A DNA stretch of 64,000 nt, taken from Octopus sinensis. Its lineage: Eukaryota. The first letter of the stretch is position 1; each line of letters starts with the position of its first letter. The DNA lies in assembly GCF_006345805.1 (NCBI RefSeq), contig NC_043005.1, positions 99,820,001 through 99,884,000 of the forward strand. Reading direction: 5' to 3'. Positions 47,697 to 61,674 of this stretch are shown in pieces. The notes beneath the pieces are model-generated. The model did not search any database. It saw only the letters and a program-made list of their open reading frames with translations, and was not told the DNA's origin. Made by a program: the position numbers and the translations under genes.

Positions 47697-50288
47697 GTTT
47701 AACGTCCGCTTTCCATGCTAGCATGGGTTGGACGGTTCAACTGGGGTCTGGCAAGCCCGAAGGCTGCACCAGGCCAGTCAGATCTGGCAGTGTTTCTACA
47801 GCTGGATGTCCTTCCTAACGCCAACCACTCCGAGAGTGTAGTGGGTGATTTTATGTGCCACCGACACAGGTGCCAGACGAGGCTGGCAGACGGCCACGCT
47901 CGGATGGTGTTTTTTATGTGCCACCGACACAGGTGCCAGACGAGGCTGGCTGACGGCCACGCTCGGATGGTGTTTGTTACGTGCCCTCAGCACGGAGGCC
48001 AGTCGTTGTGGTACTGGCTACGGTCACGTTCGGATGGTTTTCTTATGTGCCACCGGCACTGGTACCACAAGGATACAAATTCCATTGATGTTCATCTATT
48101 TTGATTTGGTTCGATTCTCACTTGCCTCAACAGGTCTTCACAAGTGTCACAAGAAGGAAGGTGTGCACAGGTGGACTGACTACGTCCCAGGTAGGGGCCA
48201 TGGGTTATGGCTTCACTAGTCTTGCCGGGTCTTCTCACGGACAGCATACTTCCATAGGTCTCGGTCTCTAGTCATTTCCATGGTGAGACCTAACGTCCGA
48301 AGGTCGTGCTTCACCACCTCGTCCCAGGTTTTCCTGGGTCTACCTCTTCCACGGGTTCCCTCAACTGCTAGGAATTGGCACTTTCTCACACACCTATCTT
48401 CATCCATTCTCGCCACATGACCATACCAGCGCAATCGTCTCTCTTGCACACCACAACTGATGCTTCTTAGGTACAACATTTCTCTCAAGGTACTAACGCT
48501 CTGTCGAGTAAGTACACTGACATTACACATATATCGGAGCATACTGGCTTCGTTCCTCACGAGCTTACGCATGTCCTCAGCAGTCACGGCCCATGTTTCA
48601 CTGCCATGTAGCATAGCTGTTCGTACACATGCATCATACAGTCTGCCTTTTACTCTGAGCCTTTTGTCACCAGCAGAGGTAAGAGCTCCCTAAACTTTGC
48701 CCAGGCTATTCTTATTCTAGCAGTTACACTTTCAGCGCACCCACCCCCACTACTGACTTGGTCACCTAGATAGCGGAAGCTATCAACTACTTCTAGTTTT
48801 TCCCCCCGGAAAGTGACGGAAGTTGTTTTCTGCAGATTTTCGGAGGTCAATGCTCCCGAGCATCTGCCACATACAAAAACTATCTTCCCAGTTAGCCTCC
48901 CTTTGACATTTCTGCACCTCTTATGTGTCCATAGCTTACACTGGGTACATCTTATAGAGTTTCTACCTACACCTTTTCTACAGATCGAGCAGGGCCATCT
49001 TCCTGAGGATATTTGTGGATTGTCTACCTTTCTACTTATTAGTACTTTGGTTTTAGCTAGGTTGACTCTAAGGCCCCTCGATTCTAATCCCTCCTTCCAC
49101 ACCTGGAACTTCTCCTCCAGTTCTGATAGTGACTCAGCAATTAGAGCGAGGTCGTCAGCATAGAGGAGCTCCCAGGGGCAACCTGTCTTGAATTCCTCCA
49201 CATTGCCTGGAGGACTATGATAAATAGGAGGGGGCTGAGTACTGAACCCTGGTGGACCCCAACCTCTACTTTGAATTCTTCTGTGTACATGTTGCCAACT
49301 CTAACCTTACTTACGGCATCTCTGTACAAGGCTTGCACAGCCCTCACCAGCCATTCATCTATCCCTAGTTTCCTCATTGACCACCAGATGAGGGATCGGG
49401 GGACCCTATCAAAGGCTTTCTCCATGTCAACGAAAGCCAGGTACAGGGGCTTATCTTTGGCTAGGTATTTCTCCTGCAGCTGCCTTATCAGGAATATAGC
49501 ATCAGTGGTGCTTTTCCCTGGGACAAACCCAAACTGCATCTCATCTAAACTAACTCTCTCTCTAATTAGTTGGGCTATGACCCTCTCCGTAACCTTCATT
49601 ACCTGATCCAACAGCTTGATACCTCTGTAATTATTTGTATCTAGGGCATCACCTTTACCTTTGTAGCAGTTGACTAGTATGCTGCTACACCAGTCATTGG
49701 GTATGACTCCTTCGTGTATCACCTGGTTGACTATACGGGTGACTAGGTTATAGCCGACACTGCCAGACATTTTGAGCATCTCTGCAGTGATTCCTGATGG
49801 GCCTGGGGCTTTCCCTGTCTTCATGCTTCTAATTGCCTTAGCTACCACGGAACTATCAACTCGGATAGCTGGTCCCTCTGTTGGGTCAACATTCGGCAGA
49901 CTCTCTTTATCCCATTCATTTTCTTTATTCAGCAACCTTTCATAGTGGCATCTCCAAACCTCTCTCTTTGCATCCTCATTTAGCGCAAGTGAACCATCAT
50001 CCATGCGAACACACTTCTCTCCTACCACATCACGATTCTCTCTCACACACTGTCTTGCAACACGAATACCTCAAGTCTTTCATCCTCACGGCTCAGACAT
50101 TGGCAAATTTCTTATCCGCTTCCCCTCTGGCTAAATAAACCTGTCTCCTAGCTTCCCTTTGGCTGTCTGATACAATTCCCTGCTACCACCGTTCTTCCAG
50201 TCCTTCCAAGCCTGCTCTTTTGTCTAATAGCCCTGTCAGCCACAGTGTTCTACCACCATGTTACTCTGGGTCGAGATGGTACTTTGCT
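47665..50288 (-). mobile_element. 5'-truncated RTE LINE (RT, Cys-rich region, C-terminus, long 3'UTR with tandem repeats, (GAT)n tail)
   Basis: NYRGIKLL, FVDMEKAFDRV, GVHQGSVLSP, LYADDL, FRYLG, MLHGSETW, RLRWYGHV in ORFs 49141-50046, 48650-49201 and 48216-48614, joined across small indels. Confidence 0.95.
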
Positions 50289-50289
50289 C

Positions 50290-50301
50290 CATATACATAT
50301 A

Positions 50302-50349
<48 letters not shown>

Positions 50350-50681
50350 ATATATAATATATATATTATATAATATATATACACATATATATATACACAT
50401 ATATACATATATATATATATACACATATATACATATATATATATCTATATATACACATATATATATACACACATATATACATATATATATACACATACAT
50501 AATATATAAAATATATACACATACATATATATATATATATATACACATACATATATATATCTACACACATACATATATATATAATATACACACATATATA
50601 TATACATTATATATATATATATATATATTACATATATATAACATATATATATATTATATATAACATATATATATATATACA

Positions 50682-50724
<43 letters not shown>

Positions 50725-50769
50725 ACATACACAATATACATATATATATATACATACACATATACATAT

Positions 50770-50807
<38 letters not shown>

Positions 50808-51039
50808 CACATATACATACATATATACATATATATACATACATATATATATAATACATATATATATACATATATATATATACATATATATACACATATA
50901 TATACATATATATATACATATATATATATATACATATATTACACACACATATATATATATACATATACATATATATACATATATATATACATACATATAT
51001 ACATAAATATATATATATACATATATACACATATATATA

Positions 51040-51128
<89 letters not shown>

Positions 51129-51296
51129 ATATAAATATTAGGGAATAAATCCAAATTTACAGGGAAAAAATCAGATTTAGGATTAAATCCAATTTTATAG
51201 TAAAATATTATAAAATATTATTAGAGACAAAACCACTATTTTGCAAAAACAACAAGGAAAGACTTAATCAATACATAAAATTTTAATAAATAGTCA

Positions 51297-51363
<67 letters not shown>

Positions 51364-51410
51364 ATATTATATATATAACATATATACATAAATATACACA
51401 CATATATATA

Positions 51411-51469
<59 letters not shown>

Positions 51470-51555
51470 CATTATATTATATATATCATCATTCATCATC
51501 ATCATCGTTTTAATATATATATATATATATATAATATATATATATATAATATATC

Positions 51556-51652
<97 letters not shown>
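50290..51652. repeat. Long compound (TA)n/(TACA)n microsatellite with an embedded 170-bp unclassified repeat (about 51130-51300)
   Basis: Direct reading. The embedded repeat shares TATTATT.GAGACAAAACCACTAT with 23654-23678. Confidence 0.9.
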
Positions 51653-51654
<2 letters not shown>

Positions 51655-53178
51655 CCTTAAATCCTTAAAAATGTATCAGCCCGAAGGCCGCGGCCATGCT
51701 GGGGCACCACCGCTGAATGAGCTACACTAATTTGTGAATCCACCTCTGATATGTGGCACTCGATCAACAAGGGAGTTCGATGCTGCTGCTCGCATCCGCG
51801 TCTCCTGTCGTGAGGTAGGTTCATCTGGGACTCCCAACAAGAAGAGATCCAGTTTAGTTTTAAAGAAACCCACATCCACACCATGTAAGTCTCTCAGGCA
51901 TTTAGGGAGGATGTTAAAGAGCTGTGGTCCTCTGAAACCCAAGCTGTTGCAGTATCTGGACCTGTATTTTGATGGTGATGTTGGAATCCTTGGCACCATG
52001 CAGTGGCGCCCCGTTCTGCGGTTGGGGTAACTTTGAATGCCAAAGTTTGGGACAAGACCCTCCAGGATTTTCCAGATGTATATCACCGCATATCTCTCCT
52101 GCCTCCGCTCTAGGAAGAAGAGGTTTAATACCTTCAGTCTTTCCCAGTAGCTGATATTTTGCATTGAGACGATTTTCTTTGTGTAGCTTCTCTGAATTGC
52201 TTCGAGTTCTGCTGTTAGTTTTATATTGTGTGGTGACCACAGTTGGGAGCAGTAGTCCAAGTGGCTGAGGACGAATGCTTTCCATAGGACCATCAGTGTC
52301 TCCTTCTCTCTTGTTCTGAAAGTTCGGAGAATCCATCCAGCTAGCCGTCTGCATTTTATCACCAGATTAGTAATATGCACTTGGAAAGATGCACCATTGC
52401 TCATGTCAATGCCCAGGTCACGCACTGATTTTGACTCAGGGATTGCAATTCTTCCTGGGCCAGTGTATCCAGTCTTCACGTCGTTTACCTTTGTGTGCCA
52501 GTAGCACAGGGCCTGGAACTTACCTGCATTAAACTGCATGTTGTTGTCCTCAGACCACCTGTATATCGTGTCCAGCTCATGTTGCAGATGCGCAATATTT
52601 TCAGGTTTTTGTATTGCGTGGGAGACTTTTGTTTCATCTGCATAGCTAGCAAGGGTGGTCATCGTAGCAACTGAAGGCATGTCTGAAAGGGCCACTATGA
52701 ACATCAGTGGCCCCAAGACAGTGCCCTGTGGGACACCGCTTGTTATTTGCGTTTCCTTGGAGGTGGCTCCATTGCTCACAACTGCCTGTTTTCTGTCTTT
52801 TAGGAAGTTGTGCAGCCACTCTCCAAGTTTTCTGCCTATGCCGAGACCACGCAGTTTGTGACAGATCATACCATGGTCAACTTTATCAAAGGCTTTTGCA
52901 AAGTCGAGATATATTACGTCCACATTTGAGCCATTTAGTAGCTGTTTCAACACCCAGTCATAGTGTTGCAGAAGCTGTGTTAGGCAGCCTCTACCTGGTC
53001 GAAATCCATGCTGGGTGTCAGACAGCAAGTCATTTTCTTCAAGGAACATGATTAGTTTCTTATGGACTATTCGTTCCATGACTTTGCTGATGTGTGAGGT
53101 CAGAGAGATAGGCCTATAATTTTTAGCATCTGCTCTGCTACCTCCCTTATGGATAGGGCATATTACCCCCTCTTTCAA
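51653..53178 (-). mobile_element. 5'-truncated CR1-group LINE with uninterrupted 483-aa RT fragment and (TTTAAGGA)2 tail
   Basis: NYRPISLTS, YLDFAKAFDKV, GVPQGTVLGP, YADETK, LDYCSQLWSP in ORF 51727-53178. Confidence 0.95.
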
Positions 53179-53364
53179 TATTACCCCATATATATATATA
53201 TGAATATATATATATGAATATATATATATTTACATAAATACATATATATATATATATATATTCATATTTACATAAATACATATATATATATATTCATATT
53301 TACATAAATACATATATATATATTCATATATATATATATATTAATATATATATATTCATATATA

Positions 53365-53672
53365 TCATCATCATCATCATCATCGTTTAACGTCCGTTTT
53401 CCACGCTAGCACGGGTTGGACGGTTTGACCGGGGTCTGGGAAGCCAGGGGCTGCTCCAGGCTCCAGTCTGATCTGGCAGAGTTTCTACGGCTGGATGCCC
53501 TTCCTAACGCCAACCACTCTGCGAGTGTAGTGGGTGCTTTTTATGTGCCACCTGCACAGGTGCCAGGTGGGGGTCCGAATCAGTCACGATCAGTTCGAGC
53601 TTTTAACGTGCCAGCGGCATGGAAGCCAGCCAAGGCGGCGCTGGCAACGGCCACGTTCGGATGGTGCTTTTT
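53365..53672 (-). mobile_element. RTE 3'UTR fragment joined to an unrelated GC-rich segment
   Basis: Same signature as the other RTE tails, ending at GGTGCTTTTT. Confidence 0.85.
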
Positions 53673-54347
53673 GGGGGTGCAGGTAATATAGGGAAGCACC
53701 AGTGGGGAGGGTTGGGGTAAGGAGGAACGATGACAGGTAGGGTTGGTGCAGGTTCGTAGGAAATAAAACGTAGGACATCACGAGTGGGGGAGGGGACTGG
53801 AAGGAGATAGCCGGTTGAGGCAGTGACAGATTCAAAACAGGAGGAAACGTAAGATAAGTGGGGCGGTTGATGAGCTGCGGCGCTAGCTGCTTGTCTTGGT
53901 GGGGGGGAGGGGTAATACACAGTGAAAGCATGTGAGGAGGAGGGGTAGGAGGGAGAGACACACATAATGGTGGTGGGGGAGGGCATATCCGGTGTAGATG
54001 GTGTGAACAGTGTGATCAGTGTTCACCGGTATTGGTGGTGGGGGTGGGAAAGGGCGGGCGCACCGCGAATGGCAAAGATCGAATTAAAGGATTGAAGGTA
54101 CCTTAAAGAAACGAACGAATGGCGGAAATGGCGATGTTTTAAGGTAGCATAGAGAAAGAAAAGGAAAGCACGTTAGTGTATAAGTTCAAACATTTAAACG
54201 GTAGGCAAATGTATGTATGTATGTTGTACGAGGTACGGAAGAGGAGGAGAGAAAATCTTAACTTGCTATGGACATCGCTGTGAATCGAAGAAGAATGATA
54301 GGAGTGGGAAGGCAGGTGCATTTAAATAGATTGACCGGAAGTCTGAA

Positions 54348-54848
54348 TATATATATATATATATATATATTATATAATATATATATATATATATATATAC
54401 ATATATTTACATAAATACATGTATATATATATATACATTTTTTTTTCTTGTTTCAGCTCAAAGCTGCGGCCATGCTGATGCACCGCCATATATATATATA
54501 TATATATATATACATATTTACATAAATACATATATACATATATATATATATACATATATATACATATATATATATACATACATATACATATATATATATA
54601 TACATATATATACATATATATATATACATACATATACATATATATATATATATATACATACATATACATATATATATATATATATACATATATATACATA
54701 TATTTACATAAATACATATATATATACATACATATATATATATACATATTATATATATACATATATTTACATATATAAATATATACACATATGCACATAT
54801 ATATATATATGCATATATATATATATATTTACATATATAAATATATTT

Positions 54849-54924
<76 letters not shown>

Positions 54925-54952
54925 GTAAATATATATATATATACATATATAT
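54348..54952. repeat. Compound AT-rich microsatellite
   Basis: Direct reading. Confidence 0.95.
54438..54488 (-). mobile_element. 51-nt 3'-terminal fragment of the same CR1 family as 24274-25309
   Basis: Minus strand reads GGCGGTGCATCAGCATGGCCGCAGCTTTGAGCTGAAACAAG plus polyA, nearly identical to 25259-25309. Confidence 0.85.
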
Positions 54953-55424
54953 GTAACAGGCTTCTTTCAGTTTCCATCTACCAAATTCACTCACAAGGCT
55001 TTGATTTACCTGAAGGTATGTGGTCAAGGTGTCCTGCAGTGGGACTGTACCTGGAACCATTTGTTTGAGAAGATGGAATATTTCTTTCCTCAGTATTGCA
55101 TTAACAGTATGTTGTGATGTTCATGCTATGCTGAAGAACATCAACGATGTGGAATTATTACAACTGGGGGTTAAAACTCTATTGCAAGCTAACCTTTACT
55201 TGTCTTCTTCTCTGAAACTAATTCTAAGCACAAAGAATGGATTTCTGTCTATTTCCTGCCAATTTTATGTGTGGAAATATTGAAATTCTCTAAAAACAGA
55301 TCAAAGTTTACATCAAAACATTGTTTGATCATTGGGAAGTGACAGCAGTCAAAATTTCATTTACTATTTATTTGATAAAGGTCACTATTCATACTTGCTG
55401 CTGTTGTTGTTACTGATTTTTCTT

Positions 55425-55473
<49 letters not shown>

Positions 55474-55745
55474 CACTACTATAACTACTATTGCTGCTGC
55501 TGTTGTTGTTGTTGTTGTTAAGCAACAAGATGGGTAAGGATGATTAGGTGATGGTCTAGGGCTTAGGGGCAGGAGACCCCAGACCTTGGCAAAAAAAACG
55601 AACTTTGGTCGTCTTGTTGTAGTCGAGGGCTCGTCGTTCACGCCTGACACCACTGGGAGGTGGCCTTCGAAGTCGCTGGAAATGGAGATCTCCAGGTCCA
55701 AATTCTTGAACAGCTGCTGCTATTACTAGTGCTGCTGCTATTGTG

Positions 55746-55791
<46 letters not shown>

Positions 55792-57894
55792 CCATGGTAA
55801 TGTAATTCCTCGGCATTGCAATCTCCCTTGTGGAATACCAATTCATTTATTAAGTCAGATCTCTCATTCATTACACAAACAGCAACTGAGGAAATAGTTG
55901 CGGCTATACTGTGGTAGGTACCTGGAAGTATGTAGCACAGTGAGGTACAGTCTGCTTAGTTCTAACTAGGTACCACAGTAAAGCAACAAGTGTTGCAGTG
56001 TTTGTAAAACGTGTACATATATAGGTAAATGTGTAGTGAATGTACATTTGTGTGTTAGTGAAGTGTTTTAGCAATAAATTTTTCACTAGGACAGTCACAA
56101 TACTTCACTTTTACTACTACTAATACCACCACCACCACCACAATCACCACTACCTCCACAACCACCACTACCACCTCAGTAGCATATATTGCTACACACT
56201 TGACTAATGCAGACAAGAAAAAAACTTTCCTAAAGAAAAAAACACTAATTTCTCAAAACTTTAGCTGTGATGGTGGTGGTGGAGGTGGTGGTGGTAGTAA
56301 TGGTAGGTGATGTTATTATTGCATGGAAGTATATTGGTGGCTGAAGTTATTGGCAGAGTTTGTGGATGAGTAGAGGCGAATGTTCAGACTGAATCTAATA
56401 TTTCATTGAGAATTTGTTTTAAGACAGCAGTAAAATGGTAAGCACTGTGTGTCTATAAATAGTTTGCAGACACTATCAAAATCTCTCGTGCCAACCACCC
56501 AATTACAGGACGGAACTCAGAAATCATTGAAGCATTCAAAGATAAATGGCTTCAGAATTTGGAAATGGAATTCAAGAAGTGTTTCACTGAGAGTGATTTT
56601 GAGAATTGGTCAGGGAGAATCTACTGTATTTTCCAGAATAGACATCAAAATTTTCAGACAAAAATTCACAGTCAAAAATAAGGTAGGTTAACTAATATAG
56701 CAAGATGACTTTAGAGTGCCATAAATTTCATGTGAAATGTGGTAGGATTTGTAAAAATAGTGTTGATGTTTGAACGTTTATTTATTGAGTTGACTGGTCG
56801 GCCAGAAAATATGATGCATCAGTTAACTGCAGTTGTCACTACATCTGTTCACTCCAAATGTTAATTACATCTGTTCACCATAAGTGTTAATTAGAACTAA
56901 TAAGGGCTGTTAAGTCATATGTGGTTGGTGCAAGGTCTCGCCTGAAGAAAAGGTGGTATGTAGGAATAGGCATAGGTGTGGCTGTGTGGTAAGAAGCTTG
57001 CTTCCCAACCACATGGCTCCAAATTCAGTCCCACTGTGTGGCACCTTGGGCAAGTGTCTTCAACTATAGCTCCAGGATGACCAAAGCATTGCGAGTGTAT
57101 TTGGTAGATAGAAACTGAAAGAAGCCCATTATATATATGTGTGTATATATGCAGAGAAACGGATTCTAATGTGTACATATTTAGGAAAACACTGATTTAC
57201 AAGTCCCATTAGGTGGCATGACAGTGCGCGCCTATATATTCCAGTGGCCATGTGGATGCACTCTCTCTCTCTCTGTATATATGTGTGTGTGTGTGTGTGT
57301 GTATGTTCATGAGTGTGTGTGTTTCCTTGTTCGATGCTGCCCTGACTAGCTCCTGTGCTGGTAGCACATAAAAAGCATCATCTGAATGTGGCTAATGTCA
57401 GTGCCGCCTGACTGGCTCCTTGTGTGTCGGTGGCATGTAAAAAGCCCCCACTACACTCTTGGAGTAGTTGGCATTAGGAAGGGCATCCAGCTGTAGAAAC
57501 ATTGCCAGATCTGATTGGAGCCTGGTGCAGTCAAACTGTCCAACCCATGCCAGCATGGAAAATGGATGTTAAATGATGATGATGATGATCACACACAGAC
57601 ATGTACTTTTGTGGTTCAGCTTCCCAAATACAAGGTTTCAGGTTCAGTCCTATTGTGCTGCACCTTGGACAAGTGTCTTTTATTTGACCCCCAGTTGAGC
57701 CAATCATAGCCTTGCAAGTGGATTTGGTAGAAGGAAACTGAAAAAAGCCCATCTCTTACACACAGACATGGGCATATATATATATATTTAAATTTGATAT
57801 ATACGTGCATATATATGTATGTATACATTCGAATATGTAAGTATTTGTATGTTGTGTTTATATATATATGTATTTATGTTTCTTTTCTGTCTGT

Positions 57895-57953
57895 ATTCCA
57901 CTGATGAGGCAAAGCATTACTAAATGCAAAGCCAGAAATCCGGGATCTAGAAT
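57895..57953 (+). ncRNA. Hammerhead-like motif
   Basis: AUUCCA-CUGAUGA-GGC...GCCA-GAA-AUCCGGGAU-C-UAGAAU. Near-palindromic helix III and one stem I mismatch. Confidence 0.55.
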
Positions 57954-58804
57954 TATCCAGTACTTTTTTACTAGCTTCATCTTGTCTCTTTGTTTTCTCT
58001 CCGTGTTTGCAATATGGACAATTAAGGTGGTTTTAGAGTCAGATCATGGCTGCTATTTTCAGCATGGTGGTATCTAGTAAATACCCTAATTTATAAATTT
58101 TATATATATATCTATATATATGTATGCATGTTTGAGAGGGGTGGGGCATCTGTGTGTTTATATTTGCACATCTTCAAAAATTGTTCAACAACAAGCACTA
58201 ATGTCATCATTTTCCCTGTCAATAAATCATTTGCTTGTTTTGGGCCCCAAAACATATGTGAAATAAGAGTTCCTTTACTTTAAAGATAGGTAAGAGCTAG
58301 TGTCAAGGTGGATATCGGCTGTAAAATAATGCCTCAATAATATATTCATCTAACCCATGCTAGCACAGAGAAATAGACATAATATAAAGGAACAATAATT
58401 TTACATTATAATTCTATTGCATTATAATTCTATTTTATACTAAATTAATTATTGTTTTTCTTTTCAACTCAATATGGATTAAATCTAACACAATTGCTAA
58501 CAACAGATTACACAATTTCAATGCAGTCATTAGTTTTAAATCCATGCTGGGCTGAGAAGAAAAAATAATTTATTTGGAATTTAGTTAGACAAAAAAGAAA
58601 TAAAATATCATGAATTGACTAATGTATATAATTGTATAAAATATAAATAAAAAAAAGAACATACGTGTATAATGCAAATTTGTTATGAATGCAAAGTTTT
58701 GGTTCATTCTGTAAACATATATATCTGTGGTTCTCAATCTTTTTGATTTGGTGCTGCACTGGAGATCAAACCAAAAAATTATTAGCATACGCCAAAATTA
58801 TAGA

Positions 58805-59208
58805 GGTAGGAGTGGCTGTGTGGTAAGTAGCTTGCTTATCAACCACATGGTTCCGGATTCAGTCCCACTGCGTGGCATCGTGGACAAATGTCTTGTACTA
58901 TAGCCTCAGGCCGACCAAAGCCTTGTGAGTAGATTTGGTAGACAGAAACTGAAAGAAGCCCATCGTATATATGTATATATATATATGTGTATGTGTGTAT
59001 ATGTTTGTGTGTCTGTGTTTGTCCCCCCAAAATTGCTTGACAACCGATGCTAGTGTGCTTACGTCTCCGTAACTTAGTTGTTTGGCAAAAGATACTGATA
59101 GAACAAGTACTAGGCTTACAAAGACTAAGTCCTGGGGTCGATTTGCTTGACTAAAGGTTGTGAGTGGATTTGTTAGATGGAAACTGAAAGAAGCTCATTG
59201 TATATATG

Positions 59209-59261
<53 letters not shown>

Positions 59262-59415
59262 CTGTATATGTTTGTTAGCAGTTTGGCAAAAGAGATCAAT
59301 AGAATAAGTACTAAGCTTACAAAGAATAAGTCCTAGGGTCGATTTTCTCGACTAAATGTGGTGCTCCAGCATGGCCACAGTCAAATGACTGAAACAAGTG
59401 AAAGAGTAAAGAGTA
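58805..59415 (+). mobile_element. SINE family A with internal partial duplication
   Basis: The body segment is repeated at about 59160-59360. Confidence 0.85.
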
Positions 59416-60200
59416 ATATTTTAAATGGGAAGTTAAAAAAAAACTGTTCTAAAGTTTAAAAAGTAAAAAAATATATATATATAGAAAATAATTGTTTGCC
59501 TTGTTTATTAATTATATTTGTGCATAGCAAAATATGAATAACAAGTTTTTCAAGGCATTCAAGCTTTAATATGGACCTTCTAAAGCCCTAAATCATAATT
59601 TTAAAAATTCATGGCACACATAGGTTGTTTCTGATAAGACCCTATGGAGGAGGTACCTGAAGACTCTTCCCAACAATCCACCCAAGAATAGGGGTTGGAG
59701 AAGATAGCTGGACAGATGGTACACATAGCACACAAATAGATACTTGTACAGTATAGCACACTGTTTGGTCAACAATGTGTGTGTGTGTGCATGTGTGTGC
59801 ACTATGCTGTAGTACAGGATATGGCTATATATTTTTAGTTCACATAACACGTAGATGAAACTAAACACCTTGCCTATATAGCTATATTCTGCAATACAAA
59901 ATTGCATCGCAACACATTACTAATATACTGGTCTCACACGCACACGCACACACACGCACACACACATACACACATGCACGCACACACACAACTGTAACTC
60001 TATACAGATTATAATACAAATTCATTTTATTTTACAAATATTGATTTTTGCCAAGAGAAATATCACAAATTTCCATGGATTCTAATTATTTTCTTTGTTG
60101 TTAAATAGGTTATATACAATCTATAATCAACTATCACACACACACACACAAACACACACACAAACACACACACACACACACACACACACCACACACACAC

Positions 60201-60238
<38 letters not shown>

Positions 60239-60944
60239 TATGTTGGAAAGAGTGTGATGATTATTAAGAAATTGTGCTGAATAAAACACATCCAATTGTG
60301 GAAGGATGGTACAACTGACAATCTGCACTACGTCTTTTACACCCTCATATTCTTGTTAAACCTCAACTATTACCATTTTCATTACCTTCTTGTGCATCAT
60401 TCACCCTCTTTCTTGTGCAATGTACCTTGTTGTCCACATAACAAAGAATGGTATTTCAGCTGTATTTATTCAGCACCTCCATCTCCCCCTTCATCATTCT
60501 TACTCTCTTCAACCATCACTTCTCAATAACGACAATCTTTCTTCTATCATATCACCTGTATAACAAGTGTCGGCATCTGATCTGTCCATAATTGGTACCC
60601 TCTACTATCACCCTCTCCTACCCTTAACCATTATAGCACTCTAAACTGACATCACCACTCCCATTTACCATTGCCCTCTCAATTTCTCTATTCAATGTCA
60701 TTACCAACAACCAGCATGTACCTACCACCGTTGCTCTACTATTACTCCCTCTTCTAACATCCTCTCACTCTTACCATACTGCCCAACCCTCATCACAACC
60801 ATACTCTTTTTTCATGCTTGGGATCATTACTGCCATATCTACAAACCAGTTCGCCTTAAAAGAATGATGATACCTTCATCTTGCATAGGACAAGGCAATT
60901 TCTGTAGGGCTGGGCCATGATGATATAAAGCACCCTGCTTTTTT

Positions 60945-61250
60945 TTTTACTCGCCCTTTTCAAGCCTAGCCAGGCTCATGGGCCCGGTTTCCCGGTTTCT
61001 ATGGCGTATGTGTTCCCCCCAGCTGGAGAGGATGCCAGTCCATCGCAGCGTTACTCAAGAAACATGAAAAAAGAGTGAAAGTTGGGGCAAAAGAGTACAA
61101 CAGGGGTCGCCACCAGCCACTGCTGGAGCCTTATAGAGCTTTAGGTGTTTTCGCTCAATAAACACATACAATGCCCAGTTTGGGAATCGAGACTGTGATC
61201 TTCCGACAGCGAGTCTGCTGCTCTAACCACTGGGCCATTGCGCCTCCACA
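60945..61250 (-). mobile_element. SINE family C
   Basis: Reverse complement of 5537-5850. Confidence 0.85.
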
Positions 61251-61674
61251 AAGCACCCTGTACACACTATAAAATGGTTGGTGTTAGGAAACCATATCCA
61301 GCTGTAGAAACCATATCAAAGCAGTCATTGGAGCTTTGCACAGTCTTCTGGTCCATCAATTCCTGTTGAATCATTCAGCCCATACTAGCATGGAAGATGG
61401 ACGTTAAAGGGTGACAAGGATGATGATATACGAGAACAGGATTTACTTTTCCTCTTATCAATATAAGACCAAGGTCCAGTGTCTGTTTCTCTGCATGTGT
61501 GATCATTATTTTTAGACGAAACTGTGTAATGCCACAATAAAATGTTTCAGTCAATGTAGTCTTAGACCTAAGCACAAATTCAAGAAAAAATTTCAACCAA
61601 ATTTCACCCTTAGAACCATCAAAATGAAAGAATTCTCTTCATTATTGTATTACAAATAATCAACTTTTGTGGCA

